Below, in pieces: positions 1 through 8,653 of a DNA stretch of 64,000 nt. The stretch covers positions 3,098-67,097 of the forward strand of contig JBOGET010000065.1 in the NCBI GenBank assembly GCA_050741975.1, in the 5' to 3' direction. Position 1 is the first letter of the stretch, and each line of letters starts with the position of its first letter. The translations under genes and the position numbers were made by a program. The notes beneath the pieces were generated by a model. It did not search any database. It saw only the letters and a program-made list of their open reading frames with translations, and was not told where the DNA came from. The DNA comes from Acidimicrobiia bacterium. Its GTDB lineage: Bacteria > Actinomycetota > Acidimicrobiia > Spongiisociales > ZC4RG35.

Positions 1-935
1 CCCAGGAGCTCGTAGATCTCCGGGTACCGCATCGGCGCCAGCATGTCGGCTATCGGGGTGGCGAGGGCCCGGAACGGGGCGATCACCTCCTCGCCTGCCT
101 CGGGATCACCGGCGTAGACCATGAGTCCGAGAATGACGGGCCTGCCGTGTTGGTCCTCGGGAACATAGGGCATCGGCGGCGCCGGCATGATGTTGGCGAT
201 GGTGGACAGCTCGTCGGGTGCGGCGTCGGCTAGTTGGACGAAGGAGCGGATCACGTCAGGCGTCGCAGGCAACATCAGCATCCCGCCGATGATGGCGTCC
301 ACCGGGTGCAGCGCGAACTGGAACCTGGTGGCGACCCCGAAATTGCCCCCGCCGCCGCGCAGCGCCCAGAAGAGCTCCGGTTCGTTCCCCGCATCGACGC
401 GGTGCACCCTTCCATCGGCGGTCACGACTTCTGCGGCGAGGAGGGAATCGATGGTGAGACCGTGCTTGCGCACCAGGAACCCGACCCCGCCTCCGAGAGT
501 GATCCCTCCGATGCCCACCTCGCCCGAGTCACCGAAGCCGATGGCGAGGCCATGAGCGCCGACCGCCGCGGTCAGCTCGCCTGCCGTCAGCCCGGTCTGG
601 GCCCAGACCGTGCGCTGATCGACGTCGATGTGGACCGCGCGCATCCTGGACAGGTCGAGCACGATCCCCCCGTCGGAGACGCTGTGCCCGGAGAGGCTGT
701 GCCCTCCGCTGCGCACGGCCAACTCCATCCCGGTGTCCCTGGCAATGGCGACCACATAGGCCACTTCGTCGGCGTCGGCGGCCCTGACGATGACCGCGGG
801 TCGGCGGTCGATGCCGTAGTAGACGGCGCGGGCTTCGTCGTAGCCAGGGTCGTCGGGGGCAAGGACCTCACCTTTCAGAACATTGCGGAGCTTGGGCATC
901 GACAAGGTTGCCGGCTCGATGGAAGGGTTCTGCAT
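1..935 (-). CDS. FAD-binding (PCMH-type) oxidoreductase, BBE/6-hydroxy-D-nicotine-oxidase-like; N-terminal part only, C-terminus runs off the window
   Basis: Absent from the ORF track because there is no stop in the window. My translation of the minus strand from ATG 935-933 gives MQNPSIEPATLSMPKLRNVLKGEVLAPDDPGYDEARAVYYGIDRRPAVIVRAADADEVAYVVAIARDTGMELAVRSGGHS..., a typical FAD_binding_4 N-terminus. GGAGGAG lies just upstream. Confidence 0.8.
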   Translation of the reverse strand, partial: MQNPSIEPATLSMPKLRNVLKGEVLAPDDPGYDEARAVYYGIDRRPAVIVRAADADEVAYVVAIARDTGMELAVRSGGHSLSGHSVSDGGIVLDLSRMRAVHIDVDQRTVWAQTGLTAGELTAAVGAHGLAIGFGDSGEVGIGGITLGGGVGFLVRKHGLTIDSLLAAEVVTADGRVHRVDAGNEPELFWALRGGGGNFGVATRFQFALHPVDAIIGGMLMLPATPDVIRSFVQLADAAPDELSTIANIMPAPPMPYVPEDQHGRPVILGLMVYAGDPEAGEEVIAPFRALATPIADMLAPMRYPEIYELL

Positions 936-1096
936 GTTGCTCCTCCGTGAGGTTGACGGTGAACTGGACACCTGACCGTCCAGATCGACTTAGACCGCGT
1001 TCGGTGGAACAATTAATCGGTCTCGGAGCCAGGTCATCGGGCAGAGGTCCGATTCTCTCTCCGACCCGAGGCGTAGATGTCCACAGAGGGGTAGAC

Positions 1097-2080
<984 letters not shown>

Positions 2081-2427
2081 CCCCTCGCACACGGGTAGGG
2101 CGTCGCTGAGACCGCACAGGTCCAACAGCTCCTGCAAGCGGGTTGTTGCATAGCGGAGATGTAGGGAGTATCCCATGTCGTGGACGCTCACCTGGAGATG
2201 GGCCAGTGCCTCGACCGTTGCCAGGTCGGGGGTGGCGATCCCGCCCACGTCACAGACCAGGACCCTGTCACCGGTCTCCAATGAAGGTCGCTTCGGGGCC
2301 ACGGGTGTCTTCGGCACCTCGTCTCCAGCGGCCAACAGGGGGTCTCCTTTTCAGCGTCCGTCCGATTAGGAGACTTGCGAGACGGGTAGAACTCATCGGA
2401 TCGACCAGCCGGTCACAGGAGGCAGGC

Positions 2428-2811
2428 ATGTTCACCAAGACGAAGGCGTTCAGTGGGTTCTCGGTCGACGACCTGGACAAGGCCAGGGACTTCTACGGTG
2501 GGACCCTTGGCTTGAACGTCACGGAGGACAACGGGATGCCGGGTCTGCACATTGCCGATGGTGGTGACATCCTCGTCTATCCCAAGACGGACCACGCACC
2601 GGCCAGCTTCACCATCCTCAACTTCCCGGTGGCTGACATCGACCGCGCCGTCGACGAGCTGACGGAGCGAGGTGTGGCCCTCGAGCGGTACGAGGGATTC
2701 GAGCAGGACGAGAAAGGGATCATGAGGGGACAGGGCCCCCCGATCGCCTGGTTCAAGGATCCCGCCGGCAATGTCCTCTCGGTTATCGAGAGCCGATCCC
2801 CCTCGTCATAG
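2428..2811 (+). CDS. VOC (glyoxalase/bleomycin-resistance) family protein
   Basis: ORF 2143..2811 trimmed to ATG 2428 (MFTKTKAFSGFSVDDLDKARDFYGGTLGL...WFKDPAGNVLSV), with AGGAGG upstream. Confidence 0.85.
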   Translation: MFTKTKAFSGFSVDDLDKARDFYGGTLGLNVTEDNGMPGLHIADGGDILVYPKTDHAPASFTILNFPVADIDRAVDELTERGVALERYEGFEQDEKGIMRGQGPPIAWFKDPAGNVLSVIESRSPSS

Positions 2812-4158
2812 CTGGCCCGAGCTGGTGAGCCGGGCGATCGACGCCAGGTAATCCGGGTCGTCGTACCGGCCCAGGAGAAAGGCATCGGAGTATTCGGGCA
2901 ACCCGGCTCCGGTGATGTGACGGGCGAGCAGGTCACCGGCCCCGGCGGCGACCATGACACCGAACCCGGAAAAACCCGCGATCAGATAGAACCCTGATGG
3001 CCCGGCCGGGCCGATGAGGGGCCGATTCTCCGTGGTCTTGGTGTAGTAGCCGCCGTCGACCGCCGAAGGGGGAAGACGGTCCAGATATGCCCCAAGGCCG
3101 GGGACCATCGTCGCCAGCCCCCGTAGCACCACCTCGGGATAGAGAGGGTCCTCGGGAAGGGGCCATACCGGCTCTCGCACGTTGCCGTGGTACTCCCAGA
3201 GCCCGAGCAGATAGGGGGAGTCGGGGCCGCCTTCGGGTCGGCCGTGACAGAACACGGGCATCTCCCCCAAGAGATCGTCTCTCCCCTGGTCGGCGAGGGC
3301 CTTGCGCTCGTCGTCGCTCCAGTCGAGGCGCTGCAGGTCGCTCCAGATCATCATCGGGGCGTCGCGGGGCACCACTTTCAGGTGCTCGCGGAAGGCGACC
3401 TTGAGATGGAGCTCCGAGAAGAGGGGGACATCGACCCCGGCCATCGCCGCCACCGGCCCCGACAACGGCCCCGCCGCATCGACGACCGCGCCGGCAGCGA
3501 TCACGTCGCCCCCGGCCAACGAGACCGATCGCACCGTGTCACCGGCGACCCCGATCCCGTTCACCTCGTCGAACACGATCTCGAGCCCCCGCTCCCGGCA
3601 CTGGGCCAGCATCCATGCTCCGAGCTGTTGGGCGCTGAACCATCCGGCTCGTCTGACATGGATCGCCCCCACCGCCCGCTCGGTCACATAGGGGAAGTGA
3701 CTGAGGACCTCCTCCGGACCGACCAGGATGTCGGCGCCCTCCGGCGCCCCGCTGAACCCCTCGACCGGCGAGTTGCGATAGGGGATCGGCCCCGGGTGGA
3801 GACGGATCGGGCCTGCGCCCAGGGTCGAGGTGTGATGGGCTTCCTCCACCATCCGAGGGAAGCGGTCTTCGTCACCTGTCACGAAGAGATACCCCCTGCG
3901 ATTGAGACCGAAGACATTGCCCGAATCGGCTGCCATCTTCTCCAGGAGGTCGATCGACCGGCTCATCAACCCCATCATCGGGCGGTTCGGCCACCAGTTC
4001 CGGTAGCACTCGGTCGACTTGTCGGAGGTGAGGGTGAGAGGGGGACGGGGATCGACGAGCACGACTCGGCCCGCATCCTGCTGGACCGTCAGGTGATAGG
4101 CGGCGGCCACCCCGGCGATCCCGGCGCCGACGACGACGACATCCGCGCTACGGCTCAC
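2806..4158 (-). CDS. FAD-dependent oxidoreductase (DAO family)
   Basis: 450-aa ORF with GTG start and the dinucleotide-binding N-terminus DVVVVGAGIAGVAAAYHL. It begins 1 nt after the tkt stop. Confidence 0.85.
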   Translation of the reverse strand: MSRSADVVVVGAGIAGVAAAYHLTVQQDAGRVVLVDPRPPLTLTSDKSTECYRNWWPNRPMMGLMSRSIDLLEKMAADSGNVFGLNRRGYLFVTGDEDRFPRMVEEAHHTSTLGAGPIRLHPGPIPYRNSPVEGFSGAPEGADILVGPEEVLSHFPYVTERAVGAIHVRRAGWFSAQQLGAWMLAQCRERGLEIVFDEVNGIGVAGDTVRSVSLAGGDVIAAGAVVDAAGPLSGPVAAMAGVDVPLFSELHLKVAFREHLKVVPRDAPMMIWSDLQRLDWSDDERKALADQGRDDLLGEMPVFCHGRPEGGPDSPYLLGLWEYHGNVREPVWPLPEDPLYPEVVLRGLATMVPGLGAYLDRLPPSAVDGGYYTKTTENRPLIGPAGPSGFYLIAGFSGFGVMVAAGAGDLLARHITGAGLPEYSDAFLLGRYDDPDYLASIARLTSSGQL

Positions 4159-4159
4159 C

Positions 4160-6106
4160 TCAGCCCGAAAGATGGTCCCGGACCCGGGCGGCTACCGCCG
4201 GCCCGGTGAAGCCCAGCTTCTCGGCGATGACGGTGTCGGGTGCGGAGGCGCCGAAGTGGTCGATGCCGATGACGAGACCGCTCTCGCCCACCATTCGCTC
4301 CCAGCCAAACGTCGCCCCGGCCTCGATCGCTACCCGGGGGGCGGTCCCCAGCACCTCGGATCGGTAGGCGTCAGCCTGGCTCTCGAACAACTCCCAGCAG
4401 GGGAGGCTGGCCACTCTGGCCCCAATCCCGTCGGAGGCGAGGGCCTCGGCCGCTTCCAGGGCGACATGCACCTCCGAGCCGGTGGCAATCAGGGTCACGT
4501 CCTCACCCTCGCGCAGGATGTAGCCCCCCTTGGCCACACCGTCCCGATCGGTGTCGAGGACGGGCAGGTCCTGACGGGTCAGCACCAGGCCCACCGGGCC
4601 GTCGCTTCTGTTGAGGGCGATCTCCCAGGCGGCGACGGTCTCGTTGGCGTCGGCGGGCCGGATCACCCACAGATTGGGCATGGCCCGCAACGAGGCGAGA
4701 TGCTCGATCGGTTGATGGGTGGGGCCATCCTCGCCGAGGAACACCGAGTCATGGGTCCAGACCCAGATCGAAGGCGCCTTCATCAGCGCCGACAAGCGCA
4801 CCGCGGGCCGCATGTAGTCGCTGAAGACGAAGAAGGTGGCGGCGTAGGGCCGGAGCCCGCCGTGCACCGCCATCCCGTTGGTGACGCATCCCATCGCATG
4901 CTCCCTGACCCCGTACGGGATGTCACGGGAAGAAGGGTCCGCTGCCGAGAAGCGACGGGAGGAGTCGATCACCGTCTTGGTCGAAGCGACGAGGTCGGCC
5001 GATCCTCCGATGAAGCCGGGGACCTTCTCCGCTATCTCGGAGAAGACCTTCCCCGAGGCGGACCTGGTGGCCAGCTTGTCCCCGGCGGCGAAACCGGGGC
5101 CCTTCAGGGCAATCTGCGCAGGTGAGTGCAGCTCGTCCCAGAGCCGGCGCTTCTCCTCGTCGGCCGTCTCGAGTCGCTTCTCCCATTTCGAGTGCTCCTC
5201 CCTGCCCCAGGCCATGGCACTCTCGAAGAAGTCGTACACCTCGGACTCGATGTGGAACAGAGGGTCTATCGGGTAGCCCATCGCCTCCTTGGCCGCTTTG
5301 ACCTCCTCGTCGCCGAGTGGGGAGCCGTGGGCGGCGGCGGTGTCCTGGGCATTGGGGGCGCCATGGGCGATATGGGTGTGGCACACGACGAGTGAGGGCC
5401 GGTCCTCGAGGCGAATCGCCGCCTCCAGCGCCTCGGTGATGGCCTCCAGATCGTGACCGTCGATGTCCTGGGTGTGCCAGCCCTGGGCCTCGAATCGCTC
5501 GACCACGTCCTCGGAGAAAGTGATGTCGGTGGAGCCGTCGATCGAGATGTCGTTGTCGTCGTAGAGGTATATGAGCCGGCCGAGACCGAAGCGGCCGGCC
5601 AGCGAGGCGGCCTCGGAGCTGACCCCCTCCATCAGGTCGCCGTCGCTGACGAAACCGAAGGTCCGGTGATCGACCAAGTCCTCCCCGAGACGCGCCCGGA
5701 GGTGGGTTTCGGCGATTGCCATGCCGACTCCGCTGGCGAATCCCTGACCGAGCGGACCGGTGGTCATCTCGATCCCCAGCCCGTGGTCGATCTCGGGATG
5801 CCCGGCGGTGTGGCTGTCCCACTGCCTGAAACTGCGGATGTCATCGAGGGTCAAGGGGAAGCCGCAGAGGTGGAGCATCGAGTAGAGAAGCATCGACCCA
5901 TGCCCGTTGGAGAGGACGAAGCGGTCTCGGTCGGACCAGTCCGGGGTGTCGGGGTCCACCTTGAGGAAGCGACTCCACAAGGTGACCGCGATCTCGGCCA
6001 TGCCCATCGGCATCCCAGGGTGGCCGCTGTTCGCCTTCTGCACCGCGTCCATGGCCAGGGCCTTGATGGTGTTGACCGCCAGCCGCTCGATTCCGTTGTT
6101 CTCCAT
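4160..6106 (-). CDS. tkt: transketolase
   Basis: 648 aa. Contains NTIKALAMDAVQKANSGHPGMPMGMAE, the TPP-binding GDGDLMEG motif and the C-terminal GIDHFGASAP. Confidence 0.95.
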   Translation of the reverse strand: MENNGIERLAVNTIKALAMDAVQKANSGHPGMPMGMAEIAVTLWSRFLKVDPDTPDWSDRDRFVLSNGHGSMLLYSMLHLCGFPLTLDDIRSFRQWDSHTAGHPEIDHGLGIEMTTGPLGQGFASGVGMAIAETHLRARLGEDLVDHRTFGFVSDGDLMEGVSSEAASLAGRFGLGRLIYLYDDNDISIDGSTDITFSEDVVERFEAQGWHTQDIDGHDLEAITEALEAAIRLEDRPSLVVCHTHIAHGAPNAQDTAAAHGSPLGDEEVKAAKEAMGYPIDPLFHIESEVYDFFESAMAWGREEHSKWEKRLETADEEKRRLWDELHSPAQIALKGPGFAAGDKLATRSASGKVFSEIAEKVPGFIGGSADLVASTKTVIDSSRRFSAADPSSRDIPYGVREHAMGCVTNGMAVHGGLRPYAATFFVFSDYMRPAVRLSALMKAPSIWVWTHDSVFLGEDGPTHQPIEHLASLRAMPNLWVIRPADANETVAAWEIALNRSDGPVGLVLTRQDLPVLDTDRDGVAKGGYILREGEDVTLIATGSEVHVALEAAEALASDGIGARVASLPCWELFESQADAYRSEVLGTAPRVAIEAGATFGWERMVGESGLVIGIDHFGASAPDTVIAEKLGFTGPAVAARVRDHLSG

Positions 6107-6133
6107 GGCCTCGGAGGGTACCGACGCCGGCGG

Positions 6134-6889
6134 CTAGCCGGGCCGGCACACCTCGCAGGGGGTGAATCCCGAGGCCAGGGCGGCGGTGGTCGAGGTGAAG
6201 TCCACCACGGTCCACTGGCCCGAGCGTCGGATGACATGACACGTCGGGTGGCAGTAGACCCCGGTCGAGGGGTCGCCCTGGACCCTCACATGGTGCTCTG
6301 CGAGCTCGACGAGCCGGGCCGGGTCCCCTCCCTCGTGGCTGAGCAGGTCCCACTTATTGTGCGGCCCGCCCAGCGAGTACTCGCCGAGGTGCCCGTCGGA
6401 GCGGACTACACGGTGACAGGGGATGATGAGCGGGATCGGGTTGCGGGCCATGGTCGACCCCACCGCCCGGGCGGCCCCGGGACGATCGGCCTCGCGTGCC
6501 AGCCATCCGTAGGGTCGGACCTCGCCCCGGGGGATGGAGGCGGCGATGCGGAGCACCCGGGCCTGGAACGGGGTCCTCGACCTCAGGTCGACCGGGAGCT
6601 CGCCCGGCGACCCGGCCTCCATCGCCTCCGGGATGTGCCGGCCCCATGCCGATGGAGGCTCGGCGCGGAGCAGTCGTCGCCCGTGCCGCTGGGCGAACCG
6701 GTCTTCGTATCCCTCCGTGGCCAGATCCACGGACGAGACTCCTTCGATGTTGAAGGTGACCACCACCTCGCCTACCGGTGAGGGGTAGAGGTCGAAGCCG
6801 TCGGCGAGCCCGGTGCCGAGCGCCACCCCCTCGCTGATTCCGTCGGGCAGGGTCTCGACCAGGCCCGACAATTCGTTCTCGATGTTCAT
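6134..6889 (-). CDS. methylated-DNA--protein-cysteine methyltransferase (Ogt-like) with C-terminal Ada-type Zn(Cys)4 module
   Basis: ORF 6134..7189 trimmed to ATG 6889 (MNIENEL), which overlaps the upstream sigma stop as ATGA. Active site IIPCHRVV is intact. The C-terminus is TGVYCHPTCH...ALASGFTPCEVCRP (CX3C...CX2C). Confidence 0.85.
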   Translation of the reverse strand: MNIENELSGLVETLPDGISEGVALGTGLADGFDLYPSPVGEVVVTFNIEGVSSVDLATEGYEDRFAQRHGRRLLRAEPPSAWGRHIPEAMEAGSPGELPVDLRSRTPFQARVLRIAASIPRGEVRPYGWLAREADRPGAARAVGSTMARNPIPLIIPCHRVVRSDGHLGEYSLGGPHNKWDLLSHEGGDPARLVELAEHHVRVQGDPSTGVYCHPTCHVIRRSGQWTVVDFTSTTAALASGFTPCEVCRPG

Positions 6890-7401
6890 CTCTCTTGCTC
6901 CATGACTCTTCTCAATCGCTCCAATCCGCGGTGGATGTCCGCCTTGACCGTGCCTTCGGGCCGGCCGGTTGCCTCCGAGATCTCGGCGATCCCCATGCCG
7001 ACCACATGGCGCAGGACCACTGCCCTCCGCTGGCTGGTGGGGAGGGCGGAGAACCTGGCGTCCCAGGCCGCGGTGTCGGCCGGCTCGGGATCGTCGCTCC
7101 CGTGATCGTGCATCTCGACGAAGGTCGGTCTCCTCGATCGGTTGCGGAGATGGTTCCGCCCCAGGTTGAGGGCGATCGTCCACAGCCATGGCGACAGCCT
7201 CAGGTCCTTGAACCGCTTCGGGTCGAACTCGCCCAGCGCCCGGTAGGCGCGGATGAAGGTCTCCTGGGTCAGGTCCTCCGCCTCCTGAAGGTCTCCACAG
7301 AGCCGGCGCAGACCCCAGTAGAGCCCGGGCCCGGCGGTCTTCACGAGGCTGGGAAAGGCGTCGTCGAGGTCGGCGGCCAGTGCTGCGGTCAGATCATCCA
7401 T
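6886..7401 (-). CDS. ECF sigma-70 family RNA polymerase sigma factor
   Basis: ORF 6886..7947 trimmed to ATG 7401 (MDDLTAAL). Region 2 is EDLTQETFIRAYRAL and WLWTIALNLGRNHLR. Region 4 is LPTSQRRAVVLRHVVGMGIAEISEATGRPEGTVKADIHRGLERLR. Confidence 0.85.
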   Translation of the reverse strand: MDDLTAALAADLDDAFPSLVKTAGPGLYWGLRRLCGDLQEAEDLTQETFIRAYRALGEFDPKRFKDLRLSPWLWTIALNLGRNHLRNRSRRPTFVEMHDHGSDDPEPADTAAWDARFSALPTSQRRAVVLRHVVGMGIAEISEATGRPEGTVKADIHRGLERLRRVMEQER

Positions 7402-7464
7402 CGCGGGGAGAACCCCGGAAGAGATGAGACGGTTGCACCGTCGCACCGTACTTACATATGGGGG

Positions 7465-8160
7465 ATGGACAGCACCCGGGTCGAGGCGATCTTGGATGAT
7501 GCCGAGTCGGCGGTGGCCTCCGGCTCGCCGCTCGGCCCCACCGGATTCTGGAAGGCAGTCGCCGCGGTGAAAGGGGACCCGGAGTTGGTCGATGTCTACG
7601 CCGACCGCATCGGCCGGATCGACCGTGCCGCCCTTAAGGGCTGGGCCCTGGTCACGGTGCCGCTTTGGCTGGGCAATGTGCTCATGATCGGTGGGACACT
7701 GATCGGGCTGGCCCTGGTGGCGTGGGCCTACGACCTGGAGGGGACGAAGGCCGGGTTCGCCTTCCTCATCGGGTTCGGGATCGTGTTGGTGACCACCCAT
7801 GGTCTGGCCCACCTCGTCGTGGGCAGTCTCATGGGGATGCGGTTCACCCACTGGTTCATAGGGTGGATCACCCAGCCCCAGCCCGGGGTCAAGCTCGATT
7901 ACGCCACCTACCTTCGCACCGCGGCCGCGTCGCGGGCCTGGATGCATGTTTCCGGTGCCCTCGTCACCAAGGTGATGCCCTTTGCCTTCCTCGGGGCGGC
8001 GATCGCCGCCAGGGTCCCGGGGTGGGTGATCGTCGTGCTGTTACTGGTCGGGGCCGCCGCCATCGCCACCGACATCCTGTGGTCGACCAAGGCCTCCGAT
8101 TGGAAGAGGTTCCGTCGGGAGATGGCCCTGGCCTCTCCCCAGCGACCGAAAAGGCGATAG
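7465..8160 (+). CDS. polytopic membrane protein of unknown function, divergent from the ECF sigma
   Basis: ORF 6895..8160 trimmed to ATG 7465 (MDSTRVE). It has several hydrophobic spans (LWLGNVLMIGGTLIGLALVAW, FAFLIGFGIVLVTTHGLAHLVVG, VIVVLLLVGAAAIATDILW). No family recognised. Confidence 0.6.
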   Translation: MDSTRVEAILDDAESAVASGSPLGPTGFWKAVAAVKGDPELVDVYADRIGRIDRAALKGWALVTVPLWLGNVLMIGGTLIGLALVAWAYDLEGTKAGFAFLIGFGIVLVTTHGLAHLVVGSLMGMRFTHWFIGWITQPQPGVKLDYATYLRTAAASRAWMHVSGALVTKVMPFAFLGAAIAARVPGWVIVVLLLVGAAAIATDILWSTKASDWKRFRREMALASPQRPKRR

Positions 8161-8162
8161 GC

Positions 8163-8608
8163 TCAGCCGTCGGCGGCCGCGGCCCCGCGGCGGCGCATCT
8201 CGGCGTCGAGTGTGTCGCCGACCATCTGAATGGCCTCCCGCGCCTCCTCGTCGGGCGGCCCGGCTTCCAGTTCTTCTTCGCTCGGCGCGGCCACCCTTGT
8301 GTGCACCCACCACAGGTTGTCCCAAGGATCACGGATCCGAGCGATGCGGTCTCCGATCCACAGCGTTGTCGGCGGAGTGACCACAACCGACCTGGCGGCC
8401 TCCGCCTGTGCACCGTCTCGTCGCAGTCATCGATGCATACCCGCAGGAACGCAGGGGTCACTGGCCAGCCGTCGTCTCTGTCGAACATCATCTTGTCAGG
8501 CACCGGCTTCAACTCCTGCCACTCCCACGCGCGACGAAGATGTGGTTCGAGCGCCGGCTTTACCCATGACGTGCGCTCCGTGAACACCAGGCAAACGGGC
8601 GTGAACAC
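8163..8608 (-). pseudogene. VOC/glyoxalase-like gene interrupted by a frameshift (or a sequencing error)
   Basis: The C-terminal half (8163..8384) reads ..VVTPPTTLWIGDRIARIRDPWDNLWWVHTRV. The N-terminal half (about 8400..8608) reads ..AFLRVCIDDCDETV in a different frame. Together they make about 140 aa, a normal VOC length. Confidence 0.5.
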
Positions 8609-8621
8609 CAGGCAAACGGGG
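8580..8621. repeat. 21-bp direct tandem duplication, GTGAACACCAGGCAAACGGG(C/G) x2
   Basis: Read directly: 8580..8600 and 8601..8621 are identical at 20 of 21 positions. It lies at the 5' end of the VOC-like pseudogene. Confidence 0.9.
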
Positions 8622-8653
8622 GGATTACGGCCGAGGGCGCGCCTAGGGGGCGA

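Noticed and set aside
187-950. Plus-strand ORFs of 122 and 238 aa at the window start
   Set aside because: They are antisense to a clear FAD-binding oxidase frame on the minus strand. Their composition is Arg/Pro/Gly-rich and typical of GC-driven open frames.
3187-6781. Long plus-strand ORFs (340, 317 and 442 aa) across the DAO, tkt and MGMT loci
   Set aside because: They are antisense to genes with unmistakable family motifs and carry no motifs of their own. This is the standard high-GC artefact.
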